Assembly: GCA_963920595.1 (NCBI GenBank)
Contig: OY986948.1
Location: 2,046,001-2,110,000, forward strand
Direction: 5' to 3'
DNA: 64,000 nucleotides
From: Eimeria praecox
Lineage: Eukaryota
In this document: piece after piece, positions 1-14,300 of the stretch
Layout: each line of letters starts with the position of its first letter
Numbering within the stretch: the first letter of the stretch is position 1
Translations under genes and position numbers: made by a program
The notes under the pieces: generated by a model
Told to the model about the DNA's origin: nothing
Databases searched by the model: none
The model's input: only the letters and a program-made list of their open reading frames with translations

Positions 1-3000
1 TCCGTCCTGAAATACATAGTGGGAAGGCAATAGCATTTCCCGTGGTGTGGCAGTGTGAACATCTGAAGTTTGATAAAAGCTTCAGGATCTACGAGCAACA
101 CGATGCAGTTCTTGCAGAGCTGCCCATTCAATTTTACACGGCTGCATAACCAAGACACTTACCAAAAAAAGACGCGGAATTTATGCCTTGTCAAGTCTAA
201 CAAATAGGGCGAGTCATCGAGCAAGCGAGCGGCTACGAAGAGCGGGAGCTGCAGAAACTTCTCTCTCAGTAACGACTCCTTGCTATACTTTATCCCCCCG
301 TCTGTAAAGAGCTCAAATGCAGTGCCGATATATCGCGCCGCTAAGAAAAAAAGGCCCGACCTAATCCGGTGGTGCAACGAAATTACGTGCACTCGTGCTA
401 GCGAACCGATTACAGCTGAACAGGATTTCACCTTGTCCTTTTACCAAACCTTCGTAGTAGGAAGAGTCGTTACTACTGGCCACACTCTCTCTGTCATCGT
501 TATTGGCTGCCTGGAGCACACGCGCATTCAAGCGGAAGTGACAAAATGCTGGCCACAGATGGACTATTCGCGCCTGTAGGGATAAGGTATGTCATTATAA
601 ATGTAAAAGCATGCTTGCCCGGGGCCCAGATGGGCGCAGGTACCTTAAATAATTCTGCTTCGCGGCCTCCAACCCGTAGTACAGAGCCTATCGCCTCTGC
701 ATTAGCGATACAAAACAAATACAGTTCCTTCAAATGAGAAGCAGGTGCAGCAGTGTTCTTCCCTATCTACTTAGTAAACTGCTGCACGTTTAAGTTCAAC
801 ACCTCTATGGTCCAGTCACCAGCAACTTTCGTCGTCCCAGATGCTTGGAGTTCCAGATTTGTGCAGAACACCAGTCGGCGGAACACTCCCTTCAGCAGCT
901 GCTTTAGCGTGCGAGCTACAAGCAAACAGGGGAGAGCACCCACACAAGCACATACAAGCAAATAGAGCCCACGAACTACATTTCCACTCATAAGCTCCAC
1001 ATGTAGCAGCTTGGGCCTCAGGCCGCCACTAATTTGGGCCTCAGGGGGATTGACTTGCCAACGACTTCCACCAGAAGCATGTGCTGGAGCCACGGACTTC
1101 GTGTTCGTTTACACATCGTGCCTTCGAAAAAACACATACGCAGGTGATCATACACTTCAGCCGACGGCCACACGAGAAGTGAACTGGCTAGCTGCATTAC
1201 GGCAACTTAAATGAAGCGTTTCGCTGCCGTGCTGCCCTCCTGCCCACCCAGAAGGCGCATGTTGATGCCGCGTCGATGAAGATAGTTCGTCAGGGATATT
1301 GAGTCGTATGGCCCGTAAGGGTCCATTCTCTCCAGTTCAGCAATCGCACTGGAGCAAGCATGACCACAGCATGCCGCAGTGCGATTTGTGTGGTTTGGTC
1401 TTAACTGGAGCCTAAACAGTTTTCACAGCTAGCGAATTGTTCTTTAGAAAACGATCATGTGGCACACGCGCCAGCGACCTACTCGTCGAGGATGACCGAC
1501 TTCACAAGCGTTCCCAGGCGCTGGGCCTTCCTCCCAGAGTGCCCGCTTCCACAGGAGACAGGCTCGACGTTGCCTCTGTAGGAGCGGCTGTACGCGTGTG
1601 TTATGAAGTGAACGCTGCATCAGGAGCAAGATTTAGGCACATACTCAAGCAAACCTAAGACACGCTTTTCTTTTTGTTTCTTAAAACATGCCGGTCCAAG
1701 CGATCGTTGGCATCTGCCAGGAAGAAGCCGCTCAGGTCTTACAGTTCGTCCATAGGGGCGTACAAGCGACTAAAAGGCGACCGGACAATCGCATCCTGAT
1801 ACGCTTCTCCAGGAGCAGTAGGCTGCGTAGCAAAGAAACCCACGAGCGCGGCTAAAGCATGTCAGTACGATACATAAATAGGCCCTCTTGAAGCAAATAC
1901 AAGCGAATGCACCCTCGCTATATATCTATTTGCCTGGATACCTCCTACGCGCCCCTGGATAGCGACCTATCTCTTCAATCAGTCCATCTAACAGCTTACT
2001 TTAGCTGCTGCCTGTTGGGCGACTTGCTGGCAGTTCTTCAACGCCATCTCCATGTCGGCGGAATATTCAAAAGGGACAGTTCGGAGGCGCTGGGAGATTG
2101 TAGGGAGAGAGTTGCTTGCTTCCTTCCCAGAAAAAGGCGGCAACGCGTAGCATGTCTGCAAGAAGGAGAGCAGACCCAACACGTATGAGAGCAACCTGCA
2201 ACCAGCAACTGGGGAGGGAGTGCACCCAAGAGAGAGCGTTTGAACTTACGCGATACAGCATCATCATGTCAATGCCTCTATTTTTCACTGACAAAAGAAG
2301 TGTCACATCACGAGGAGGGTTCTGCGGCGAAATTGGCTTCAACAGATTGCATATGTTGAGCTTAGCCTCGATAAAGGAGATTTCCTGCAGAACAGGCATC
2401 CAAAATGCCTCTGTGCTCTTTTATTATGATACGGACCCTTGCCGGCACAAAAGCCCAATACATGGGGGCTACTTTGAAGAAAAAATCTCGAGCACGCTTT
2501 TGTCACTCACGTGGCGAACACGAGCAGACAGGGGTTGAGGCCATTCGATGATTTCTGGAACAGACTCAGGCAACGGGATTACAACAACTCGGAAGCCTTT
2601 GTAGTCCACGGCTGTATCGAAAACGATCAAGGAAAAAACATGACTTCCATTTACGCAGCAAACGGGTGAGATTTAGAGAAGCTGGCGTGCGGCAGCACCA
2701 AAAAGACAAGCTAAACAATTCATTTTCCACCTTAATACTGTCGACTCGAGGAGGACAGGGAGTTGTGTACAAGCAGACCTGTCATAAGGACGGGAGTTAG
2801 GCTCGTTAACCTCAGATCCTTCCGCCCTGCAGCCTGCAGTCATTTGAGAAACACCAGAACAAAGATGGCATTTGCCTGCCACACCAAGTTGTGGTGGTAC
2901 AGTGGCATGCCCTGAAACCTAGAGCTGGGGTAACAAACTCCTGCCCCTTTAGAGGGCCGCATTAGCAGCGCTCCACTTACAGCACCCTCTGCGGCCTGCC

Positions 3001-6000
3001 TCTTTAGTTCGACAATTGCATCGTTCATCATCCGTTGTGCCTGAATCTCTATTCCATAGACCCTGTGCGCAGATGCCATTGACAGCGTGCAATTACCCTA
3101 ACATCCCGTGTCTCTTGGGTTACTTCTGTATCATGTGTCATGCAAGAAAAACAACTGAAATGTATCTTTAGGATAGAGGGCAAGGAGGCTGGATGTACTG
3201 TGACAGCCCAAGCATGTGCTGCTGCAAGTGAAAACGAACTTGCTCGCCTCCTCGATATCGACTTTCTCATCTCCCAAGACGAGAATTGCCAGCAGTAATC
3301 CTGAGTGGGACCGACCAATGGCTTGCGCGCTCACAAACAGCTGCAGATACCACAACTGCAGCACAAGCAATCCTGGTATCAAACTTCTGCATAACCTTAC
3401 ATCACCACGCTGTCCAGTTCCAGGGAAGTAGCCATCCTGCATCCAAGCTACCACGTAGCGCATGAGCACGTTGCCCAGCCCCAGAACAGGGAAAAAACCC
3501 TTTTACGTTTCGAAAGGCTCATGTCAACGCAGACGTAGGCGCGGAAATATACCTGATCGCGCTTGAAAAGGGCAAATATACGGAGGGGGTGTTCTGATGG
3601 GAGTCTACGGAAGCGACACCGTTCTCTCCATTTGTCCAAGCTGCTGCGGATTTCGTTAAGGTGGGAATGCCTCGCGGGAGGTAGCTGTGTTTTTTCGTCA
3701 AGCTCTTCGTTTAAGAAGCTTTGTTCGCTACTGTCTCCACTGCGCTGTTGCTTATCGTCTTGCAACACACTGCTTTCTTGATTCCTGTCGAATGGGAGAG
3801 ATCCCTGCAAGCATGGAGAGGCAGAAACATCAGGCGGGCTGCACAGTCAGGGGCTACGCCAGTGAGATAATTCACAGTTAGCCCTTTTGCACTCCTAACA
3901 AAAGCGTTTCTAAGGCGTCCAAGCTAATGTGGGCCTATATCAATTGCGGCAGCAGGGCCATGGCAGTTTACGATCAGCAGGCAGTCCGCAGTGGGCTCGA
4001 AGACCACCTCTTCCAAAATCATTACTGCATACTGGGCTGCGTAAAAGGAGTATGTCGACGCGCAGCATACGGCTTGGCAGGTGCTGAGGATGCACTTGTG
4101 CAAGCGGGTGGTCGTTGCCTGGTTGTAGAAGGAATTTGCACAATGAAGCGCCAGACTCTTACAACGAAGAGCAGCAATAAGAGCTCAGTGCACCTGCTGT
4201 CGGCTAATTAAGTATATATAATGGAGACAAACAGCAGGGAAGGAGAATGCAGCAAGGATCGTATACCCTACCAGACAGACGCCCGGCTTGATCGAGGCGG
4301 GGGTCTCCAAGAGAACTGCTTTGTCTAGGAGATAGTCGAAAGTGTTTGCTGCGCATCTGTCCCATCCTAAAAAGCCTGCATTTGCAATCGCCAAGGATGG
4401 ACAAGTTGGCAATTACACGGCACGCATATTCAAACACACCCTGGTGGCTTCTCATGCACCTCTGAAATCTCACTAAACGTGTCTAGGCCAAACGACCTCA
4501 CCGTGTGTGCTTGTCCGTTCACGTATGCAGCTATCCATCGCCTTGACAACCGTGTCAGGACTGAAACACGGAATAGGGGTGGTCGCAAGGATTCGGTAAG
4601 GATGGCTATCCAAGAAAAAGGAGGTGAATCGGCCAGCAGAGCAGTCCCCTGAGGCAAGCCGTAGCGCATCAGTCCGCAGTCACCGCATCCCAGTGTTTGT
4701 ATCGCGCAAACCTAGGTCGGAAAACTAATAGCACCTGCACTTCTTCCAGGGGAAAAGAATTAGTGTCATGGCAACCTCAGAAGTTAATCAAATACCCACT
4801 AACCTGCCTTCAGCCGCGTAATCATGGGGACAACAACAACGCCGTCTCGCTTCATCTGAACAAGAAGCTCGTCGATGTGCGAGGTGAGGCCTTTGAGATT
4901 GAACTCTGGCTCCCCTGAAATTGGCTGCAAAACGCACAGCGTAGAAACAGTCCTCAGTTCCGCAACTGTTCCGGCGGGACGCAAGACCAGGACAGCAGAC
5001 ACGGGCTGTGCGACAGCTAGCAGCAACCCCTAACAGACAAGAGAATGAGCACAAGGTAGAAATGGAGACTTGGGGAAAGACGTACTATAGACACGGCGGC
5101 AATTCGTTGCTCCACAAGACTCTTTCGCGTTTGCCTCAAAACGGCAAGAGTGGTTCGGGCACCCTCTTCACTAGCCGGGGGTAGGCTCGGCAGTTGCCTG
5201 AGCAGATATCAAACATAAATTCGCACCGATTCCACTTACTAAGCGCCAGAGTATTTAGTAGCAAGGCAACCGGAAATCAGGCACAAGTGTTCCAAGCATA
5301 CCGATCTCACAATCAACCAACGTGCTTAAGAATGGCCATTCTTAAATTGAAAGAAAGACAGAAAATGACCCCTTTCGCTGAAAACTTAGTCCTTTTTGTA
5401 CCTACCGGTCATGTTTGGGCTCTTTTAAGCCCAGACGCAGTTCTGGACTCCAGTAAAAGCTAAATGTCTTGGTTCGCACCACTGTGTGGCAGAGGCGCAC
5501 ATCCATGAGGACAGTGCCTGCGACACATCGCAGCAGTACATACTTTGTCTCCACTAGCCCTCTTCGCTATTTGTTCGAACACTCATGTACGCGATGGCAT
5601 CGTTTACAGGCTGAGAGCCACTGAAAGATTTTCTGCGAAGCGCATACGTTCTGCCGCTCCGTCGGGTTCTAGCAGGCACTAATTTTGTGAAGGAAGGCTG
5701 AACAAAGCCTACCTGCTTCTCTTGCTGAATTAGTACCCAAGTACAGGCTGTACTTGCTTGTCCGAAGGAGCCAGGAGAGGCTTCTGCAGCGCCTTCCTAG
5801 GGAGATCCTTGCGCTGGCAACGCACTTACGGAGATTAGACAGATTTTCCTGAGCAGACAGAGATGATAGACGGGCGTAGCCATGGCCCCACCGGCAAAAC
5901 ACCCGCGAGACACGAACCCACACAACACAGAGGGAGTTAGGACGACTTGGGGCATGTCAAAAACTCCATATGTTGTGTCCAAATGAGAAAACGGCCAGGC

Positions 6001-6804
6001 TTTCACACCATCATCACATAGATCTCCAAGCTCGGGGTAGGCATGGGAAATGCGGAGCTGAACGGAAGCTGGAAGGTGTTGTTGAGAGTCAGAGTGACCT
6101 GCGTGGAAACAAATCGAGGAATCCTAATGCTGGGAAAACAACGAAAGTGCTATTTAAGCGGAAAACGGCACCGGCCGTTGCAACCAAAAAGCAAGGGCAA
6201 GGCAGCTGGGTGGTTGCTACCGCAATACCAGCGCCAGCAATAGCAAAATAACAGCAACAGTACACGCACTGCATGCACCCACCGAGGTGTCGTCTATCTT
6301 TTTCCTAAACGCCTTGTATGACACTCGCCGATCATCGCCGCAGGCCTGAGCCAGGTCCTCCCCCTTGTACATGACAGCGATGGAGAGCTGCAGCACGATA
6401 AGCGGAACACACGGTCGAGGGTGCATTTACAGCACCAGGCAGATCTGGCTGCCACTCCCATCGTCGGCGCTGCTGTGGCTGTTTCCTTCGGTGCAAAGGA
6501 CCTCATCCGCATATGCACCAGACAGCAGCAGCCTTGGTATCCGCTGCGGCTTGTCAAGATCCCTATGCTCGTGCACGTTTCTTTCTAGGCACCTGTGGCT
6601 TGTTGATTGGCCTGAAAGCGAGCTATGCCTACAGTACTACTTAGTAGAAACCAAAATGAGCCTATGCATATTCCAGCTTACTTTGTCCTTGTTCTCAAGG
6701 CAGGCAACGGCCTCCGCATTGAATTCCACATATGCCATCCGCACCTCCAAGATGATCTCCTTCACGGGAGGGGCCTCCTCCAGGGAGGCTCCATAAGTCA
6801 ACAT
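1..6804 (-). CDS. Multi-exon paladin-like (PTP-like phytase family) pseudophosphatase, runs off the window's left edge; exon model only partly resolved
   Basis: ATG at 6804; in-phase GT-AG exons 6804-6682 and 6387-6283, next from 6057. Peptides resemble paladin blocks: ENLSNLRKC (cf. GAPNFR), IAAYVNGQAHTVR (cf. PVIYVNGRPFVLR), EFNLKGLTSHIDELLVQMK, RFRRLPSE, and P-loop region LFVSAQAIGRSHSGLLLAILVL (exon starts 3340; cf. FSCQMGVGRTNLGMVLGTLIL). A second repeat is suggested by VCLYTTPCPPRVDSIK and LRTVPFEYS. Confidence 0.5.
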
Positions 6805-7164
6805 TGCAGCTGAAAGCTGGCGCGGGTTCGTGCCGGCGTAATAACTGTTTGTGTCAGTTCCTAGCGCTGCTGCATGACCAACGCTTTAAGCTCGGTGTCT
6901 GCCGTGCACAGCGGGCATAGGAGACGCTTCGCCTGTCCTCGTATTAGCCAAGTGAAAATTAGAACAGCTGGGACAACTAATGCTTTGATGAGCAAGAGAA
7001 GATGGAGGTCTGAAGCGGCAACAGAACGCCCAACAACTCCTGTGCCACGCGACCACCAAGACTCTATTCGGGGCCTGCCCGGTAGCCCTCAGGGCTCAAA
7101 AAGGAAGCTTGCTACGAATTAAGAAATGACATGCTTTAGATCAAGAGAGTTCCCTTTCAGAAAA

Positions 7165-7172
7165 TGCATGCA
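7165..7172. promoter_or_regulatory. TGCATGCA palindromic octamer in the divergent intergenic region (known over-represented apicomplexan, ApiAP2-type motif)
   Basis: Exact TGCATGCA; other copies at 6270, 16327, 30855. Function at this site is not demonstrable from sequence. Confidence 0.35.
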
Positions 7173-8383
7173 TAGACAAGAACGGGACCTTCAGGGTCCC
7201 CCGGTCTGCCGCCCGCCTGAGAGGGCTCGGCGGTCGCGAGGCCTGCCGGGGTTACACAGTACAGATGGCGCAATCCGAACTTGCAGACGAAACTACGTAT
7301 ATTAAACAGCTTTAACAAGACGAAGACCCTTTACAAGGAAGACATGCATCTCCTCAAACCCGTTATGCGTATTGACGGTCTGGGGCCTCGGCGGCCTGGT
7401 CTGGGCTCTGTAGCCAGCCTTCGGCAGTGCACATGAGTCTGCACGAAGAAGTGGCATTTCAAGGCTCACACCACCCCATTAGAATAACCTTAAATCCTTA
7501 TTATCCTCTAAATGCAAAGAAGAGTAGTTAGACCTTTTCAACTAAGTCATGAGGGAGAGGCACAATGGCAGCAGGCCCCACGGCGGCGGCAGCCGCAGCA
7601 GGAACTGCAACAGTTCACACGGGGCTCCCCTTCTTGCTGTCTCTGCAATAAGAGGACCGCATGCACGCCATTAGGGCCTTTGAATACTTCTTATGGGGCC
7701 TCAGCCTCAAGACAATAGCAGCAAGCAACGACGGGCTTCGCTGCAGTGTACTCAAACGAAACACCTGCAGCAGCCGGGTCGCGCCTCCTGCTGCTGCAGG
7801 GGCAGTGCAGCAGCAGCAGCAGCGGTCCTTTGCACTTCCTGCCCTTAACTGCCCTTGACCTTCTTTATTTTACACTATTTTCAGTGCCTGAATAGGGTCG
7901 AGGGGGCATCCCTCCCCTCCAGCCCTCACCACCCGTCCTGCTGTTGCGACACAACTGCGTGACTGCAGCAGCGAGACACCTGCAAGCAAGGGGCCCTTCA
8001 CATTACACCAGTGGCCCATCTGCTCCACTCCAGATTGCTTTCTACTGCTACTGTCTGCCCCAGACGCGGCGGGCGCTGCAGCAAGGAACCCTATCCATCG
8101 TTGGTGTTGTAGCAGGGAGGCTCCAGGCGGATTGGGGGCCCCTAGTGCTGTTTTTGGACCAAAGGGGCCCCTCTTTGGGCGTGATAGCCTATACCTGTGC
8201 ACCTGTCGCGCGTTTCTTCGCCTGGCTGCGGCGGGGCACCTTTGATCCTTCCGTGCCCGCTTCCGCTGCAGTCGTCATGGCTAGTAGGGGTCTTTAGGGT
8301 CGTCAGGAGCACACTGTCCTCCCAGGCCCGCTGCGGGGTCTCCTAACAATCCCTGCTGGAGCATAGGCTCTCCAAGACTGAAA

Positions 8384-11300
8384 ATGGGAGGCGTGGGCAG
8401 CACGGTCCAATTCGAAAAGGCTCCCCTGGAGCTCTTTCCCGTCGCGGGGTCGCCGGGCTCCTCAGAAAAGAGGGATGAGGGGTCCTCGTCTTCAGTTTCT
8501 GCTTCTTCTGTAAGACGGAGGCCTCCCATGAGTTTGTGGTTAACACAAGACGGAGACAAAACTCTCGACGCTGTTATCCACGCGCTGCGGATGTGGGGAG
8601 GAGGCAGTCCGCATTTTGAGACCCCGGACACCTCCTCTTGTTTCAGCAGTTCAGGCTGCTTGTTGGAGCACCACCAGTTGCTTCTGGCCTGGCGGATGAG
8701 CCGCATAGGAGCCCCAGGAAGGTGTGGCTGCTGCGAGTCCCTCTTGCCCCTAGGGGGCCCTGTAAAAGGGGCCCCCGGCACTCGTGATGCCCCTGAAAAG
8801 GGGTTCGCGAGACCCTGCAGCAGCACCAGCAGCACTAATCTACACAGCAGCACACCAGCAGCAGATAGCAGTCCAAGAAGAGGAAGAGGAGACACAGAAG
8901 GGGGCTCATGGAGGCGGGTCATCGGCGCGGGGGCACCTCAGCCGGACCCCTCCAGTTGTTACTTAGTCATCCATGCATATACTGCAGCCCAGCAACAGCA
9001 GGAGCAACAGAGGCAAGATATGAGCAGCATTCCGGAGGGGCCTCCTGACAGGAGACGGAGCATCACCCCTCCAAGGGCTTACAGCCCCCCCGGTGCAACG
9101 GCGCGCATTCACCATACAGCGGGAAACCCACAGTGCAGTGACAGCAGCAGTGGCAATAGCAGCTTCAGTATGGCTGCAGAGCTGCTGAGTGAGGACTTAG
9201 CGCAGCTTCTAACACAAGCAGAGACTCGTATTGCGGCTGACACCCGCCGCCACAGTGTCTGGCATGCTGTGCACTTGTGCGCCTGCTGCCCGCACAGCCA
9301 GCAGCAACAGCAACAGCAGCAGCAAGTCAGGCATGGAGATATAAGTAAAAGCAGGACTGCCAACCAGGAGGCCCTCGAATCCCTTAGTGAACAGCCAGGG
9401 AATCACGTGGGAGAACAGCACCAGCAGAAAGACCAACTACAGCACCAGCCGCAGCACCTGTGGGCCGTGTACCTTTGGGAAGGATTGGAGGCTCCCCGTT
9501 ACATTTTGGTAAGAGTAGAACTGCATACAAATTTCAGACCATTTCTTTTTCATAAGGCTTCAAGCTTACCGTAGACCTCCAACTTGGGTGACTGTAGATG
9601 CCTTGGTTACTGCTCTTGCGTATGCTTTTGCTGCGGCTGCTTCATGCGTTATGCTGCAGGATCACGCGCGACTGCGCACGCTTCGTCTCGTGGAGGCACT
9701 GGAAAGCTGCGAGCAGAGGGGGAACCCCATCTCTCCTGCGATGCTGTTGCCTTGGGCTTCCTTTGCTGTTCTACGTCCGCAGCAGGAGGGGCCCCGCTGT
9801 TGGCCTACGGTGGAAGTGTGTGAGAGAAGGGACACGTCGGGGAATATCCAGGAGCAGCAGCCGGTCATCCTGGATGGAGAGGCCTTGCTGGAGCGCAATG
9901 TACTGCTGCTGCGGCTGCTTCTCAGGCTACCCAGGCTGGCCTATGGGGCTCCCCCTTCTATTCCAGCCGTGTCTCGGACTGCTGTTGCAGATTCTGAGAT
10001 GGCGGCAGCACAGGAGTCAGCAGCAGCGGCAGCGATCGTGGCACCAGCAGCCTCCCAGAGTGAAGAGAAGGCTGTTGCGGCTTCCCCTAGGAGGGCAGCT
10101 CAAGAGGAACCATGGCAGCAGCAGCAACAGGAGAAACATCAAAGCGAAAAGGAGCAGCATCAACAAGAACAAGAAGATCGGCCCACGAACACTGCACCAT
10201 TCGTGCCCCGCCTGGCCCTTCCCAGCCATGCCCTACCGCGCCTCCAGTTGCAGCTGCAAGGGAGCAGCCCTAAGGCGGAGGAGCCTCTACCGCGCAGTGG
10301 CAGCAGTTCAAATCGCAGAGCGGTGCCCCTGAGCATGGGGAGCCCGCAGCATCATGCTGCTGACTTCCGTGGGAGCGAAAGTAGCTCTTCTTCTTCGTCT
10401 GTCTCTGTTTCGCCAGTCTCGTCTTCAGGCGAAGTGTCCCCTGCGGAAGGGCAAGGAAGAGGACAGCAGCAGCAGAGGACTCCCAGTGGGCCCCTTCGGT
10501 TACAAGGGGGTCTTCGCTTACAGGGTGTCCCGAAGCTAGCCATTCCGCGACTGGGGGGAGGCGGGGGGCAGTCACCCAGTTTGTCAGCCACACCTGTAGG
10601 GGCGGAAGCAGCTGGGGTTTGCTTGAGCCCCCAAACAAGGGGACGCGGAGGCCTGTCGCCAGTGGCCTTACGGAAGGAGGGAGAGAGACCGAATAGCCGT
10701 AGGTCATCTACTGCCTCAGGCATTCCACAGGCAGCAAGTGGGAGGGGCGATTTGTCCTCTTTTAGAGAGCTAGCTGCTGCTGCTTCTTCACTTAACCAGC
10801 AGCCTCCGCAGCAACAGCAGACTGTCCTGGCAGGTGCCCGCCTGGGAGGGGCCTCAGCAAAGTCACCTGGCGGCCTGCAGCCCTCGGGGCTTCTGAGCTC
10901 TCCGGCTGCTTCTCCGGGGGGTCTGCAGTGTTACAGCAGCGAGGGGAGCAATGCAGGATCGTTTAGGGAGAGCTTCGGTTCTCGGAGGAGACGCACTGAG
11001 GAGGTACGCAGTAGCAGCACAGACACTGTCAGTATTAGCAGCAGTTGTAGGAGCTGCAGCAACAACATCGGAGGAGGCAGCAGCGGCCCACGGGACTACT
11101 TGGGCCAGGTGCCAACGTGGGAAGTGGGCTTCTAACCCGCTATAGCAACTCGCTTGATTATCATGTAGCCACAGCAGCAGTCAGAGCGGCAGGAAACGGC
11201 AACAGCAGCTGCATGCGCCTGTGTGTGGCTTCCCTTCACCTCAGGAGGGCATGGGCCTGTACAGCCGCACGCGGCAGCAGCAACTCGTCAACTTCAGGCG

Positions 11301-14300
11301 GGTGATTAGTGATGTGTATGAAGGCCGCCTTTTTGTATCAGGGGCTGCTGCTGCTTGCGACCTAGAGGTAATCAGGATCGGGATCGATCACTCTTCTTCA
11401 CTTTATAACACGAGAAGCAGTCGTTAAGTCTAAGCTGAGCTAGCGGCAGTGCGAGCAGCATGAGCGGCCAAGATGCTCTGCTTCCCAGTAGGGATCAGTA
11501 CCAGCAACAGCAGGAGCACCAGCAGCGCTTGCCGTTGTCGGATGTGCTGTGTCTGTACAGTGTTTGAAGCGGGCTGGTATAACACACGTGGTCAATACGA
11601 TCGGCGACATTTGCCCCAACGTTTTCGCTTCGCTCCTGACGTACAAGACGTATTATCTTAAGGACACGCGGCAGCAGGATATCATGTGCGTTTTTTATGA
11701 TTGCATAAGGTTCATATCTGAAGCGATAGACGAGGGAGGACAGGCTGCAGCAACAGCTGCTGCTGCTGCTGCTAGCGTTTCTCCTGGTTCTTCTGGCGGT
11801 GCTGGGAGTCCCACAGGCAGCAGCAGGAACAACAAGAACAGCGACCACAGCAGCAGTAGTAGCGGGAGAAGCAGCAAAAAGAACCACAAAGTGTTGATAC
11901 ACTGCAAAGAAGGTGTGTCGAGGTCGGCCACTCTCGCGATCGCCTTCCTTATGTGGAGACTCCGCCTGCCTTTTGTTGAGGCTTTTGAAAGGGTATGAGC
12001 AGGACAGCGGCACCTACACAGTGGCAACGTTGGAGGTCCTGTGTGTGTTGCCAGCACCATTTGCATTTGCAGCAACGACCTGAACAGCAGCTTGTTTGCT
12101 TGTCTCCGGCCATAGAGCGTGCCTCGCTGTCTACGTTTATTAGCCACGCTTTCCCGTCTCTTATTTTTTGTCTTTTGTGCCTCCGTTCAGATGCGGAGGC
12201 GCCGTGCTATCTGCAGCCCCAACACAGGTTTCACTTACCAGTTGCTGCTGCTGCAGAAGCGCTTAGGCCTGCGGCAAGCGCGCGCGTCTATCTCAAATCT
12301 GGATCTTACTGCTTCGAAGGATGGAGAGGGAGCTCTCAAGAGCCCTGCTTCCATGGGAAGGAACCTCCCAGAAACCCCTTCTTCGCCAGAATCTAATCGA
12401 CACTGCACGACGCCTGGGAAGGGCACAAAAAGGGCGGGGTCGCCTTTGGAAAGCCACTCCCTAAGCATACCTTCCGCTTCGGGGGGGCCCTCGCCGCAGG
12501 CCATTGCGCCCCGTGCTCCTCCTCCATCCATCACCTCCCTTGACCTAACCGCTGGTATGCGTGCTGACAAGGCCTGTAGGGCAGGATCTTCGTTCGAAAT
12601 GGACGATCCAGGGACCCCGTTAAGGAGCCTCGGCCCCAGAGCTCCGTGCATATGTGCACCGCCTAGACCTGGGGGGGACAGAGGGGGAGGCAGTGACGCC
12701 CATCCACAAGGAGATAGCCCTTTCGCTTCAATAGAAGCTCCAGCAGCAGTACCACCACCTGCGCCGGTACCAGTGCCCGCTGCAGCTGTTGCGGTTGCAG
12801 CGGCAGCAGGAGGCACGCCTTCCGCTGTGGAGGACTGCGTGCTGCTTCTGCATCTTGTTGTGCATTCGGCCCATTCTCCCGACTTCTTACTTTGGTCGGA
12901 AATGATCGAGTGGCAACCAGGAGTGCTGCCAGCCTTGTCGGAGCAAGGGGTTTACATGCTAAGGGGAAGTGGGCAGGGTTGGGTGTGGATGGACAGCAGC
13001 AAGTGCCTGCGCAAAGCAGCAGACGTGGAAAAAGCGGCTCGGAATTATCAAGAAAATGTGGCGCTAGTAGAACGACGCAGTAAGCGATGGCGATTCCTGT
13101 CCCCCTCGTAGCTACCTTGCCAGAAGACCCAGCTGCCCGTATTTTTGTCTCTACGCTTGTAGCTGAAATTTGCATCGGGTGCCATCCTGTGTACTCTGCT
13201 AGTGCCTTGCTTTAGTTTGGGGGCATGGGGGGTTGGGGTTAGATGATTTCAGATGTTTTGGGAATCTGGATCTCTTCGGTAGGCAGTGCTCTCTCCCTTC
13301 AGAGCTCCTTATAAGGTTCCGTTTTGCCTGATGCGTTCATGTGCTATTTTGTGACGATTCTCAGACATCCAACTCCATTACATTTCACCCGGCTCGGAGC
13401 CTCCAGCGTTTTGGCGGACTCTAGGCATAGGAGAAGGAACTGCACATCTGGGAGTCCCCAATCTGCTCTCAGGGGTGTGTCAGAATCGTCTTCTAATCCT
13501 TGTGTTTTGCTGCTGCTGCCGCCTCTGCTGCAACCGGGGGACAGGCTGCCAGTAGAGGCATATTTGAATTGAGGGTCATTTATTCTGTGCCTGTTGCGTT
13601 CCCGCTGTGTTCAGTTGGAGCCGATGGCGCCAGAGAAGTCCGACGAGCCGTTTCGCTGGAGGGACTACTGCGCCTTCGACCTTCCTGCGGATTGGGGAGA
13701 AGCGGGAACCTCTGAAGGGGCCTTCATTCCAACTGCCCCTCCCCAAGAGCCGGGTGATACCAAGGTACCAAGCGCGCTGGAAGGAGCTACAGAGGGGCCC
13801 TACAAACCACGTGAAGTAACTCAACTGCAAAGCAGCAGCAACAGCAGCAGCAGGGTATCCTCTGCTGCGCCGTCGCTGCGACGATCAGTCGAGCTGTTTG
13901 GGAATCTCGCGGATGGGGTTCCGCCGGAGACGGCAGCAGCAGAAGGAGGAGCAGCAGCGAAAAATGCGAAAGGAGTAGCAAAGCTATTTTGCCTCCCTAA
14001 TCTGAAAGAACCACTGGACCTCTTTGACTCAGAAGACCTCTTGCCAAACAGCGTCTTCCTGCTTGTTGCTGAGGGAAATGAAAGCAGCGGCAATGGGATG
14101 ACAGACGCTGCCATGGTTTCGTCCTCCACAGCAACAGAAACAGACGCAGTCAAGGCATGGCTGTGGGTAGGTGCGGAGGCGGAGTTTGACCTAGAGAGGG
14201 ATCTAGAAACTGTCAAAACACAAGTGATGAAGGCCTTCAACCTCCAACCCGGCCAGCTGCAGCTTTCTCTAGAGGTTAGTATGTGGGCAGCCAGCTGTTG

